In this document: in pieces, positions 48,400-61,500 of the stretch
How the letters are laid out: the number at the start of each line of letters is the position of its first letter
Numbering within the stretch: the first letter of the stretch is position 1
DNA from: Raillietiella orientalis
Lineage: Eukaryota
Assembly: GCA_036172245.1 (NCBI GenBank)
Contig: JAYWIR010000007.1
Location: forward strand, 2,356,001 to 2,420,000
Length of the DNA: 64,000 bases
Direction of reading: 5' to 3'
Notes under the pieces: model-generated
Told to the model about the DNA's origin: nothing
The model's database searches: none
The model's input: only the letters and a program-made list of their open reading frames with translations
Translations under genes and position numbers: made by a program

Positions 48400-49740
48400 G
48401 GCAAGGAAGGAAGGGATCCCTAGAGCAGTCCGGGAAGAGGACCCTGAAAGGCTCAGGAGACGAGGCTGGGGTACATGCTTGCTGAACTTCGAGGTTCCTG
48501 CCTCCGGGACGTCTTCCCTGCTCCTCGAATTTCGAGACTACTTTGCCCAAAGAGGGACATGGTGGGTATTCTCAGGTAGGCGGTAGTCCGCTCCAGCGGC
48601 GAGCTTCCTGGACCCGCTGCTCCCGCGAGGGAGCGTGTCAAGGAGAATACCCGGCGTTCCTGCCGGAGATTCCCCTTGAACTAAGAAGGATACGGCGGAG
48701 GGTTCCGCAAACTGCCTCGCGGGAGGAGGGTCCTCTGAACCAGGGACCCGCCTTCCTCCTCGTTACGGAAGGAGATCTTCCCGGTTCCGGGTCTCTGGTT
48801 ACGTCACTTCCTGTTCTCGCGGGGCTGATAGTTCTCCACAGCCGGGAGGGCTTCCCGGCCTCCTCTGTGTCGGCGACATGCAACTCGTCGCCTGCCACTC
48901 ACCATGTCTCCCTGTCATCGCAGAGCAGGCGCTTTCGCTTCCTCTTCAAAGTCTTCAAAGTCAATCCCTGCGAGACGTGACCGGCTGAGACTTCCTTCAC
49001 ACAGGAGCTCTTCGCAGGTTGTGGTTGGTTCCCCGATTTCCCGAAACGCTCGGGCGCGGAGGAGACGACGACCAGTGTGTCCCAGCAGAGCCTCATCTCG
49101 AGGAGCGCTAGGAGATGGCGGTGTCATGTTGCGGTTTCAGCTGTCGTTGGAACGAATGCTTCCCGGAAGAACCGGTGTTTGCCAGTTCCTCATCCTTCGC
49201 CAGCCTCCGAAGAAGCCTCGGTCGCTGGACTGGGACCAGCAAGCATCGTCTATAGGGTCACGGCGTGACGCAAAAACGGCACACACGCGTGCATATGTAC
49301 CTACGCACGTGTATATACGCCTTGAGTACCAATGGGAGGGTATGCAACCAGCACACCAGAGATGGCTGTTTTCAGTTCACTGCCACAGAATTTCGTTGCC
49401 AGGAAGCTCTCTGAGAAGTGGGCAAGAAAAGACCTATTCGGAGAGTCGTTCACGTCTCCAAGCTTGCTGGTCTCCTCGTTGCTTGGCGATGCTCTGCGTC
49501 ACGTGCGAGCAACGGCGAAAGTGCCAAACCGGAGAGTGAATCCCGGAGAGCCTTTTGCAGTCGCCATCGCCTACATGCAGAGGGCGATAAAATCGCTCAA
49601 TCCGGGAAGTGGGGTCCGAGGGAGCCTTCGAACTCTTGTGGGCAGGCTGACCTGAAACCGGCGAGACCGCTTCCTCCCCCTTCCATCCCTTCCTTGTCCG
49701 ATGCAGGTCTACTCGAATCTAGTAGAATTCCGTGAGGTCG
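48400..49740 (+). mobile_element. Degenerate LINE ORF2 fragment
   Basis: LPK (~48545), LFKVF (~48945), VSQQSLIS (~49080), PMGG (~49330) in order; heavily decayed. Confidence 0.4.
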
Positions 49741-50249
49741 ATCCATCCCATTTTCTATTTAATCATGCATTCATTGTCCCTCCTTTCTCTCCCTCCACTC
49801 CTCCCACTCTACGATGCTGCCAAATGGCAGCACCGTCGAGCCTCTCCGATGCCCAACTAAGGGGATGAACGGTTCTTCGGTACTCCTGGAGGATCAAAAG
49901 AGAAAACACTCCCTTCCCCGCCTTCCACCCCGTTTAAAAGCTGAAAGGATAGCAACGAAACGGGAGAACCCCCTGAACTGACCTACCTCACAAAAAACGG
50001 AATCCCTACGGAGAGGATAAGGAAGAAGTTCCCTTCGGGATTGTCCGAGTTTCCCGCGCTCTCAGGTGGCGCCGGCAGTCGCCTCTCTCCTCCCCCTCGT
50101 ACTTCAAAGAGTCTCATTTCATGTTAGGGAGGAAAGCTCGGCATCTCTCAAGCAATCGTTAGTCTTCGTTAGCCATTGTTAAATATTCCATTGTTGAAAT
50201 CTATTATTGCTGGTGGCAGTAGGCTTGAAAACTTCGCTACGGATGCCTA

Positions 50250-53200
50250 TTGTTACTGAAATTAGCATTGTTGGGGTCTCTCATTGCTGAAATTTCGGAG
50301 CTCTTTTCCGGGGAAAGCAAACAGAAACTCCGACTGGATGCCTGGCAACCGCTGCTGCAGAAGACGTTCGGTCGTTCGGAACCACACGGCGGCAGCTGTG
50401 CGAACCGTAATGATCCCCAGGGAGACTTCCAGGTCGCTGCGTCTCCCCCCTATAGCCTTGCTCCCTGCGCGGAAAGCGCTTCCGGTTTCCGTGGGACCAG
50501 CCGACAGAGCCAGGCGGCTCCTTGGCACCAGTGACCCCGCTCGGAGCTCTTCGAAAGGGAACCGGCTGCGAGTGGCGGAACGTTGCTGCACGCCCCGAGG
50601 TTGCCCGGAGCACAACGTGCGGTCCTTAACCAGAAGGATCAGTGGAGCGGATCGGTCCTTCCACGAGGAACCCGGGATGTGAGGAATCCCTGGAGCCCCA
50701 ACGGCGGCGGGAGGACGCCCAAACAGGAGCGGTCCCTGCACGGAAGAATCACTTTCAGAGCGAATTCCTAGATTGTGGGGAGAAGAGAAGGCAACAGGGG
50801 GACAGCAGCCGGTCTCAGGATGGGGAGAGAAGCTGGGAGAAAGGAAGAGTGAGGGGTCGTGCTCTTCACGAGGAACAGAAGGAACACGAACCCACCTGAA
50901 TCCTGAACCCGGCTGCGCGGCACCTTCCTCGTGGGAGCACGCGAGCTTGGAACCCGTCGGCAGCGGCAGCCCCTGGTCCGCTCCGAGAAGTTACCCAGGG
51001 TATCCCCACCGATGTCCGGCTGGATTCCTTCCTTCCAGGGGTATTTCCCGGGAGGTTTCGGATCTGGGGAAGGGGAGAGGGGATCCTCAGGAAGAGTCCC
51101 GTATCCCGGGAATGGTAGGAAGAGGATCTCCTCTGCTCTGAGCTACGCTCTCCTCCCAGTCTTTCCCGCGATCTTTCGGTGCGAGCTGCTCCGAGATAGG
51201 GATCAAATTCCACCGACAAATTTCGTCCTGAGGACTGGCGGTGGCGGAGAAAACTCAGCCCCTCTCCTCCCAGTCCCAAGCCAGCGGAAAGCTGTCTTGC
51301 GCGACAGGGAGGACCTCATTAGGAAGCTGTGGAGGGGGAGGTGGGAGAAGGGATACGGAATTACGCGATGATGGGGTGGTGCTTCGGAGAAGGGGGTCCT
51401 CCGTTATCGTCCGCAAGTGGGAGGCGAGATAGGAGGAGGAGTTCCCCTTCCCCGTTTCCTCGAGAGGAGGATCCCTAAGTGTGCAGCGCCTCCCCCTACG
51501 AGCTCCTCAAGTTCGCCACTCCGGCGCCTGCTGAGAGAGCCTGGTGCCGCCTTCAGGGAGTTTGCCGCAGCAACTCTCGGGCGCCCGTCCTTGCTCTCCT
51601 CCCTAGCCCGCCTTGGGGCTGTCTGCCTGCCCTCCTCTCCCCTCGCCGTCCCAGTCGGACACGGGAAGGCGGAGGTGGCGGCCTTGGAAACGCCCGAAGG
51701 GGCACGTGGAGATGAAAAGAGAGTCTCACCCCCGCCGCGCACGGGGGGATCGCCGCGGCGCTGCTACTCGGGGAGAGGCAATGCGTCTTGAAACGCCGTC
51801 GCCGCCGCAGGGAAGAGTAACGGTCGTTGGCTGTCCACCACCGGTGGACACGGCCTCTGGACCATCCCCGGGTCTCGGAGGATGTGCGGAAGGAGACGGA
51901 GCTCGTCGCGCTTCCCTCGTCCGAGAGGAGGGGGGAGCTCACGGGGACGTCGGCCAGAGTTTGGTTCTTCCCTGCTCGGCCCCGCCTGCCTCCCGGCTTC
52001 GCTACCCGCTACTCTCTTCCTCCTGGATGCCGCCGATGCCGCGGCGCGCGCGTGCACTCTTCTGCGCGCAGGGAGAGGGGGATGCCCGCCTTCTAATGCG
52101 GGGGGTGCTGCCTTTGAGCGAGGTCTCCCGCTCCGCGGACGAGGGCTTCTTGGTGAACAGATGGTCGACTCAAAATGCGCTCCGGGGAGCAAAGCAAAGG
52201 GAGCAAAAGACAGGGGGAGCACGAGGCAAAAGGACGCGAGTCTGGACCCTTTACTCTCCCTCGGTTCTCGGGCACGAGTCCCTCGGTCTGTTTCCCAGGT
52301 GACGGCTTGGGTCCACCCAGTTCCTCGCTTCCGGGGAATCCCCCCCTCCCTTTTCCTCCGCCGAGGCGATGCCCTTGCAGCCCATGAGCGGCGGGTGGGT
52401 ACGGCGCGGTACCCACATGCCTTTCCGTAGCAACGCGTGAATCCTCTCCTGCACTCTTCGTTCCACGGACTCCTACCCTGCCGGGAAGCCCGTGAGCTCC
52501 TTCTTCCAGCCAACTCCCCTCCCGAATGGTTATCTCTCCGGGAAGAGGAGAGTCGGTCTTCCTGCGGGAAGGCCGTCAGTCGCCTCTCGGAAGCTCCTCT
52601 TCGGTCGTTCGCTTCCTGGAGCGCGCATGCGCTTCTTCTCCCTTCTCTGCATGCCCGGGAACGCTCCCCACGAGTTCGTTCCTCGCCTTCTTTTCTCTCC
52701 CTAGAGTCCTGACGGGTGGCGGCGAGAGGCTGGCGTTGTCCCTGAACCGCCGTCTCGGTTGCCAGGTGATGCAGGAAAACAAGAAGGGGCTTGCTGTGGG
52801 GCGCTCTCTCCTCTACGCCTTCTTATTGGCCTACCGGGGCCGTCGTGGGTGAGGGGTGGGCGCGGGTCCGTCGTCGAACTCCCGCGCCGATCCAGCAGGG
52901 AGCGGACGAGCATTCGCCTCGCAGGACCGCAGGACATGATGAGGGAGAAGGGGGGGGGGGGAAGGAGGGGTCAGCGTTGCCGCTGGACATCTCTCTTCGC
53001 TGGGATCCTCTTTCCGTGCTTTTTTCTCGAGCGTTCCTGGAAAAGAGGGAACGCGACGGAACTCGGAAGGCAAATTGACTCCCGCCGCTTCCGGTCATCC
53101 CTGCCGGGGAACGGGAGCGATTGGGGGACGGGGTCCAGGCGCAGCTTCCTCCGAGTCCCGGCCCGCATCGCGTCCGGGCAAGTATCCGGGAGTCGCTCCA

Positions 53201-53990
53201 CGCGGGAGAGCAGCCCAGCGGAGCCGCAGATCATCGATCCGCGAGGGCTGGGATCCCCCATCCCGGTCGGATCGGCCTCTTCCCGAACGGTCCCCCAGAC
53301 GGATTAAGGGACTCCGCTCCCCGGATCTCGTTATTCGGGGATCCGCGCCTGCAAATTAACGCGGAGACCGAGCTCAGCGCTCCTCGCCGGCGCTCATTAG
53401 GGAAGGGGAGGGAGCGGCAGGTCGTCGCGCTCCTGCGGGACACTTCCAGCGCGCCGCAGCGGTGGAGGAGGAGGAGGAGAGCCGTCATCTCTCCGCGTCA
53501 AAGGGATCGCATCCCACTCTCCCCTCCCCCCCGTCGTCACCACGCCATCTATCAGCTGATCATATGGAGCGCTCGCGCGCTCACCCGTTGGGATGCAGAG
53601 CGTCTCGACGACCTTGGGACGCGGTCGATCGGGAGTCCCGGACCGTCCGGGGTCTTTACGGAGGCGGCCTCTCGGACCGCCGTCGCGGAAGAGAGAAGAG
53701 AGGCCCGCTGCCCGAGGGGACAGACGAGTGCCATGTCCGCTCCCCGTCTTCCAAGGACGTCGACTCCCGTTCTCCGCGTCTTCCGTCTTCCGCGTTCCTA
53801 GGGGGTTTCCTTCCCGCTTTCACCGCTTCCTCGCCCCTCCGTCCAGAGCGTGGGGGCCGGCATCCAGGCTCCGCTCCCGTATCCTGGTTGCAGAGCCGGC
53901 CTGCTGGGAGGTCGGCCGCGGGAAACTCTAGTGCCGTGCCGTCGATCGGGGCAGCTACAAGAGAGGAGAACCCTACCACGTTGAAGGGCC
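50250..53990 (-). mobile_element. Degenerate L1/Tx1-like LINE (RT region)
   Basis: AAPGP (~53140), GRPI (~52830), GSVPG (~52665) and KA motif (~52420) in the expected order. Shares nucleotide blocks with the 58.6-64 kb and ~30.5 kb copies. Confidence 0.62.
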
Positions 53991-54037
53991 ATCTCCTGGC
54001 GGACGGTGACACCAAAAGGTACACGCGAGGAGACATA

Positions 54038-54169
54038 CAGGGGCGAAACTGTACGGAGCCGCCAATAGCGGTTTCAGGTAGACGACCAATGTGTTCCGAA
54101 CGGGAACAGATCGGCCGCTAATCGGTTGCTAGCCGCGGGGGCGACCGATTAGCATCCTGTTCGTACCTG
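54038..54169. mobile_element. MITE-like element, Tc1/mariner-type ends
   Basis: TA at 54036-37 and 54170-71 flank imperfect TIRs CAGGGGCGAAAC / GTTCGTACCTG. Internal hairpins include the 13-bp GCTAATCGGTTGC/GCGACCGATTAGC. No ORF. Confidence 0.5.
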
Positions 54170-54199
54170 TACGCGAAAACCGGGAGAGGCGGGGAAAGC

Positions 54200-56200
54200 A
54201 CGCACGCTCACGCCAAGCAGGCGCTCGAACCGTTTTCCTCCCCCATCTCCCTTCGCCTTCTGCAGATGGCCGCCACATAGCAAACACTCCGTAGGACTGC
54301 ACGTCGTCCAGCCAGGGAGAGGAAGGCGCTTGCCTACGCGCCTCGCTGGGGAGAAGAGAGGGGGAGACAAGCTGTGGAACTCTGCGAACGGCCCATGAGA
54401 GGGAAACCTGAGTGACAGCTGAGATTTCCGTCTTCCGGATCGCACCCTGGGCTGTCTCCTTTGGGGATACTCTCGGCCTTCACAGTCGAAGGTCCTCCCT
54501 TGTCTTCCTCCCACCCGTCGAGGGTATCGGGATTTTCGCATCGATGCCTCCGGGTGGGCGCGCAAAGGACTTTCGGGCATCTTCGCTCCACTCCGGTAGA
54601 AAAAAATAACAAACAAACAAGCAGCTCGAAGGCTGGGAGGCAGATGGGGGAACACGAGCCAAACTTAAGGTCAATGGACGAAAAGTGTGGAGGTCGAGTC
54701 AAGTGGAGTCGCCAGGAAGTAGGCACCGATGACCTCCAGCCAAGCGCCGATCTCCACGAAGGGCCTCCTGCAGCAGGTGCGCTTCGGTACGATTTGCAGC
54801 GGACGGGGGACCGTCTGTGGAACAATGGTCAAAAAGAGGTCAACTCCCTCGAGGCTCCTTCTGGCGGTTTCCAACAGTAAGCCCCTGCAAGAATGCCCAC
54901 TCCAACATTAGGGAATCGTTTCCTTGCTGAGAGTATGAACGCTCGCCAGCAAGGCTGCTTGACCTTTCCTGCCTTCGTGCCACCAGGCGCTACCGGAGGA
55001 TCTGATCTGTTCCGGCCTACTTTCCATCTCCTGAACAGGTCGCGACTGTCCTTCAGTCGAACCCTCTGGTAAAGTTCGCCAAGACTCGCATGCCTCGATG
55101 AACCGTTTGGGGTCAGAGGCGTGGCTGCAGACGCTCTCAGCGTGTCCGACCCTCCGGAAACAAACCCACCCTGCTCAGTGCGCTCAGGGTCCCGTGCACC
55201 TCAGCTTCGTTTTCGCTGGCATCTCTTAGCTGCTGCTGCCCCTGTTCTTCCCGGGTTGCCATGAGAAATTCCAAAGCAGTTCGCGCACACGCACCCACTG
55301 CGCAGGACGCACCATCCTCCACCTTTCTGACCCGGAGGACACCACCTAGCTCGCGATGCGGCGATGAAGCCGAGTCCGCCATCAAGTTCAGAGAGGACGA
55401 GAAGGTGGTCAGCCTTGCGCGATCTGTCTCCACACGGGAGAAAAGCAGAGAGAGCAGCAGCCAACGCGCAATCTGTAGGAGGAGCGGTACTTCTGGACGC
55501 GAGAGCAGCATCAGCAACACCACCTTGTGATGCCTGCTCCAGGAGAAACAACCGGTGCTCTGGACCGTACGTTCGACTAGCCGGTGAGGCGGCGGTAGGG
55601 CCGCCGCCATCTAGCGTCCGGGTGCGGTGGGCATTCGCGAACCTACTGCCATCTAGCCCTCCTTCGTAGAACCTCTGCCTTTTCCTTCAGTGCTGCGTGC
55701 GCCATTTCTCAGGTAGCACCACAGCCACCAGACACTCTGCGCCGGCATCCAAATCTCCTTCTGCACTCGTTCCCTCCTGCTGTGGAGATACCGTACCGAG
55801 TGATCCCTAGCAACGGAGTCTGTCTTTCTGAAGCTACCATCCCTCTTCCAGCACTCCCTTTAGAGCTGAATCTCATTGACTCCCTGGTTCGCTCTTCGAA
55901 AGAGGCTTGCACCCGCTTTCCGATGAGAAGAAGAAGACGGCGGAAAAAGTGGGGCTACGGCAGTCCTCGATCCTGGTTCTGGGAAAACCCGGAAGGCACC
56001 TCCTTTCTCTTCAGGAGGAGACGTGTCTTCCTCTCGGGTCGGCGCGTCCTTCCTTCCCATTCCGCAGCCCAGAGACGTTCAGGTCGTAGAGAAAGAATGT
56101 AGGAAGCTTCTCTGGGCATTCGGTTGACCGTGGACGCATCTCGCACAGGTGCGCCTCTCGGAGAGAGCCTGCGCGGTGGCCGGTGGTGACGGCAGCACGC
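54200..56200 (-). mobile_element. Degenerate LINE RT fragment
   Basis: VAPGG (~54985), IVPK..RRPF (~54790), SIDLK (~54672), GGRQG (~54505) in RT order, with frameshifts. Confidence 0.5.
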
Positions 56201-57090
56201 AGCTGCATCCGGCCAGAGCGTTCCCATTGTCACAAAACGGGGTACTCTTTTGGAGGAGAGGAAGAATAGATAAAAAAGAAGGACAGGAGGGGTAGGGGGG
56301 AAGGACGCTCCGATGGTGGAGTGCTTCCAGTCAGGGCTGCTTGGATTCCTCTGATCGGACGGCTCTCTCGTGGCTTTGTAAGCGGGACACCCAGGATCGT
56401 CCTCTGGCGCGCGGTGTAGCTCGCGGTGATTCTGGGACGTCCGGTAGGTCTGTTGCCACCTCCTCCACGGTTGTCATCACGGGGGACCGCCGGCACCCCG
56501 AGAAAACCTGCTACTCCCCCGCTTTTGGTCCGTCGTCTCCGCCCCTCCTCCCGTCCTTCGCTTTCTGCTTTCCTAACCCCTCAGACTCGGGCTCGCGCGG
56601 ATACGGCCTTGGGAAAGAAGGTCCACAAGGTCTATCGCCGCGGGTGACGATCAGAGGATGCGCCTTACTCTCAGAGCCGTATTCTTTCGGCAGTCGCTCC
56701 TAAGGCACGGCACCGACGTTCCCCATGGACCTCCTTCCGGGTGAAAAGGCGAGGCACCGGGATCACTTCCTCCTCCACTTTTTTGAAGAAAATTCCCTGC
56801 TTGAGAGATGCTTCTTCCCGTATCCGGGGTAAACGCCGGAGTACGAAGGAAGAGGGGGGAAGGAAATGCCGCAGTGGCAGGCTCTGGTACCAAAAACGTG
56901 GACAGGCGCCTCCAAAAGCGTCGATGAAGACGTGGCACTACCAGCGACACCACCTCGGGGGAAGGGAACCGTCCGGCGGCTGCGACGCCGTTGTCTCCTT
57001 CCGCAGGAAGTCGCATCGGGGGAGGGCCGTTGCTCCTGGAGACGAAATCGAAGGCCGAAAAGGACACACGCGACCAACTGCACTTGGTTT
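56200..57090 (+). mobile_element. Degenerate LINE RT fragment
   Basis: LCKRDTQDRPLA (~56375), VHKVYR (~56625), AGVRR (~56835) in RT order; weak. Confidence 0.4.
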
Positions 57091-57097
57091 ATGATTC

Positions 57098-58500
57098 TGT
57101 CACACCGGGACGTTTATTATAAAAATAATAACATACAACCAACGGCTCTACCTGGTCCGAAAATGCTCGGAATCTGCCGACTAACCGGCACGCAGGCCGG
57201 CCAGGTTCGCCTCGGAGGGGGAAGGAGCAAACAAAAATTAAAATAACAAAACAATATGTACAAAAAATTGGGAGAGTTCGGGAAGGGATCACCGGGAGCT
57301 GGAAGGAGTCTTCTGCATCCTTTCCAGGATGCCGGCACTTTCCTTCTGAGTATGACCCAGGTGGGACCATCTAGCTGCCGTCCTCATGAAGCTCAGAGCA
57401 AAGCAGATGGCGTCCCTATCGCGCCGTCCTCTTCTTGCGTAGCTCCAGGCCGCCTTAATCCCGCGTAGGCAGTAGCAAAGAGCTTCTGGGGATGTGGCAG
57501 ACGAAAGGGCATCGCGCACGAAGAGGTGCTCAAACACGTCCCTGGGATTGACCGTCGGTGCACCAAGGGCCGTTGAGTAACTCAACCACAGGGACCAGAG
57601 GGCAACACAGTCCGCGAGCAGGTGCGAGAGCTGGGATTCCCGTTCCCCGCACCTGCAACAGTTGGGGTTCACAGTCCCCCAGGTCCACTGAGAGTAGCGG
57701 GAGTTGTACGGGATACCCCAGTGCAGCAGCAGAAGTGTCGACTTCCGCCACTTCATTTCTTTCTTTTCATCAACTGCATTTGGCGTTCCTACCAGCTGCT
57801 CCACAAGAAACAGGGGAGGGAAAAAGGGAGGCAGTGGGAGAAAGTTACGCTGACCCTCTCAGGTCACTGTGGAAGTTCGGAGCGCCCCACGAGTCTTTCC
57901 GCCGCTCCCGACCGTGCACCTGAGGGGGCGGGAGGCAAGCGAGTCGGGGGAAGAGGCAGTCTTCGTCGGGGGCACGGAGGAGGACAATGGCAGCGGCGTT
58001 CTCGCTGCGCTCCCAGACGCATGCAAAGGGATCGCGGAGGCCTCCGCAGGCGAGGGCAGGGAAAGATCGCGAAGACGGCCGGATCGATGGATCAGGCGCG
58101 TCGCAACTCGGGGTCCCAACCGTCGCGAGAGCGGATGCTGCGTTGGACCGCGTTGCCGAGTAGAAGAACCGCAGGGAGGAGGAGGCTGGTCAGGGGAATC
58201 GGAAAAAAGAAAACAGTGGGGTCACGGCCCCTCGCTCCCCATACGGATTCCGCGAAAGGGTGCGGGGGTTGCGCCACGCTGCTTCCCGCCTTTTCTCGGT
58301 TGCCTCCTCTTCGGCGAGGACAAGCGCGGGAACGGGTCGCGGCGTCGCTACCGTCGCTTCCTTTGAAAGGGAATGGAGGTGGGCGGGAAGGGAGGGATGG
58401 AGGCGATAGAGGTGCCATCGCTCGTCTAGGACAGAGACGAACACGCTCCAGGGAGCGGGGGAGGCGATAACCGCAGGCACTCGTCGAAGACATGGAAGGG
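57098..58500 (-). mobile_element. L1/Tx1-like LINE 3' portion with zf-RVT and 3'UTR
   Basis: ORF 57289-57804 carries CCRCGERESQLSHLLADC. Its 3'UTR with AATAAA is homologous to 29640-29950 (+). RT motif-E region PFRGIR near 58250 is homologous to 60079-60200. Confidence 0.82.
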
Positions 58501-58599
58501 GAGGAACAAAGGAGGAGGACAAGAAGAGAGGAAGAAAGGTATGGGAAGGAGGGATCGCTCATCTTTCACTTTGAGTGTTGAATCCTCCCTACTCCGAGA

Positions 58600-61500
58600 G
58601 ATTGCTGACCAGAGAGAGACCCAGACGTCAGACGAAAGGGGGAATGGGTTGGAAGAACGACTGTCCAGGTGGGGGTCAGAACACGCCTTCGGGATGCCCT
58701 TTAACGCCTAGTCCAAGAGAACTCACCGTACAGGCGGTCGGATAAGACGAGTAGGGATGGGATAAAGGGATGCCAGTACTGGAAATCGTCGTATTAACTC
58801 CCTACACCCCTCCTGTGGCTTTGCGCGCGGCGACCAAGGCAGCAGCCGCCCTTATCGTCAGCTGCTCAGCTGATTCCTATCTAGGATGGGGCAGGCGCAG
58901 GGACGTGAATCCCTCCTCGATCTCTGTCCTCGCCTTCTCTGAGGTGTGCCATTGTTTCCCGGTCGTAGGGACTCCCCTGTGGAGGCGCATCCACTCCTTA
59001 CCCTTTCGTCAGTCTCTAAGGAGACTCGGCTTCCTCTCCTCCACCTCTTCTCGCATCCGCCGCTTCCTCCTCTACCTAAAAGCTCGACTGTAGGAAAAAA
59101 ACCCAGCTTCCCTGATCCTATCGCCTTCTTCGTCCCTTCCAATTGCTCCTCTGAATCATGTTGGGGAAGGAGGAGGGCCATTTTCCCTCCCCTCCCTCAC
59201 AAGCTCCGTTCTCCTGCTACTCCCCTGTCCAACCCCTTCCTTCCCTTGAATCCCTGAGCGCGTGGCACGGGAAAGAGCCGTCCTGAGATCCTCCAGCACT
59301 GTGGCGACGGTGCCACCATCGGACCCCTGAGCTGGTGATATCTCTCGTCCTGGAAACAGAACCGCCGTTTCCAGGACGCACATGCCAGCTCTCGGGAATA
59401 GGTAAGCCCCTGGACTTCCCACACCCACGGAACGACGCGCGCCCGCACCTAGAGGGAGGGGGGGCAAGTTCTGCTGTCTCGGAGGGATAGGGAAGGGAAA
59501 GAAAGAAGGATGCTCTTCGCCAGATACGCCACCTCGGAATGGCGAGTGTCCTTCGAGAGTGCAGGGCGCCCGAATATCTGGCGCCCTCATGGCAACAGCA
59601 CCCGCCCCGCACCTCGGTCCGATTCCTCTCTGAGTCTTCGGTCCTTCCGACGAACCCCCGGGACGCTACAGGTTCTGTAGCAACGAGCTACCAGTGGACC
59701 GTCTGGGTACTCACCTGCCCCCGAGGGCCGGCTGGCAGAGAGCAGCCTGCCCGAGGGGAAGCGCGCCCAACGTTATTGAGTACCGGTACGTCCTTCCCTG
59801 GGATACAATCTCGTATCCATAGCGAGGATCTCAGAGGAGAACACTACCCTGGCTTGGACCACAGGAGCGCGGTGTGTTTCTTTGGTTGCAACGCAGCAGA
59901 AATCGCAAGATGGACGCGCAGCTGCCCTGTTTCCGAGGGGACGACCGTCCGTTCTCTCGGAGCATCCTCAGACAGCCGCAGGCTCACTCACCTGCTCGTG
60001 GAGCCCTCCAATGGAGGCAGAGGCCCTCCGTCCACCTAAAGTCTCAGAGAAGACCAAAGCAGGACTGGAGGGCTGAAAACACTGAGGTCACGACCCCTCG
60101 CGCCCCTTACGGATTCCGAGAAAGGGGGCGGGGGTGGCGCCACGCTGCTTCCCACCTCTTCTCGGTTGCCTCCTCTCCGGCGAGGACAAGCGCGGGGACA
60201 GTTCGGGGCACCAGCAGAAGCGGTCAGAGGAGGGGCGTGACATCCGTCCTCGCCTCGCGCGCCACAAGGAGGTCGATAGCGAAATCGGAGGCACCCCCAG
60301 CACGTCGCGAACGTCATGGGAGCTCGGCACTCGGTCGGAGGGACCTCCTGGAACGAGACCGTCCTAGAGACCTCGTCCGGTGGGCGCTTCCGTGCTTCCG
60401 GCTAGAGCGCTCCAGCGGAACCTGATCTGCGGACTGTTCGGAGCACACTCAGCACCCTCAAGGGCATCTCAAGACCCCTGTCCCAGGGTATGCCTCGATT
60501 GCATCTCGCGAACACCGCAGCACCTTGTGGTAGGTCACTCAGGAGGTCTCGCTCGCCGAAGCCTCGGGGGTTGGGGTCGACCCCTCCCTAGGGCACCCGA
60601 GAGCGCTTCCCACGAGTTCGTTCCTCGCCCTCCCTCCTCTCCCCCACGTCCTGACGGGTGTCGGCGGGAAGGTGGCGCCGCCTCCCGGAGGGGGTCTCGG
60701 AGGATCTCCCCCTCCAGGTCTCGGATCAAACGGCTCCGACCCCGCGGACCGCAGGAAGGGGGCTGGGAAAGACGCACGGAGAGCCAGCCCCTCGGTTGGC
60801 TCCTCACCTCCCCCTGCAGGGATTCCAGCGGCTCCGCTCTCCATCCTGTGACCCGAAGCCTCAGAACGGTCCCTCACGCCCCGCAGCGGGCAGGTCACGA
60901 GGTCCGCGTCCGCCTCCTCTCCCTTCCCCAGAGGAAGGCACCCTTAGGACCCCCAGGAAAGGACCGCATCCCTAGAAGGGGCAGACCGAGGCTCAGAGAG
61001 GGAATTTCCGCGGCAACGCCTGCATCCTCACGTTCGGGTACATGGCAAGGAGGCGCAGAGAGACGAAGGGAGGGGGAAGGGAAGTCCGCCCTGAGGAGAG
61101 GGAGGACCACTTGCCCGCGGCGTCCTAGTAGTCGGGCAGGGGTAGTATGGGAGTCGGCCGGGCACGGGCAGTCTTCACGCGCGCGACGACCCCTGGAGAG
61201 CCAGGGGTTCCAGGCTGTCGAGGCGCGTGAAGGAGGCGCTCCTCGAGCGACGCGCTCAGGGCGCCAAATTCCCGAGCCAAATTCTGCACTCGCAGCGCGG
61301 GAGCCTCTGCGGACTCCTCATGGCAAGTCCTTACTCCCCTGCCTCCCTTAATTGCCGTCGCTCATTAGGGTCGAACGTCACGAGTCTGATGCCTGCAAAG
61401 TTTCGGATTTCGAGAGGGGATCTCCCGCAGCGGTTGCCTGGAAACCTTTTCGTTCCCCATATTTCTTAAGGCTCTTTGCCTTTCCCTGTCGTCGTATTCC

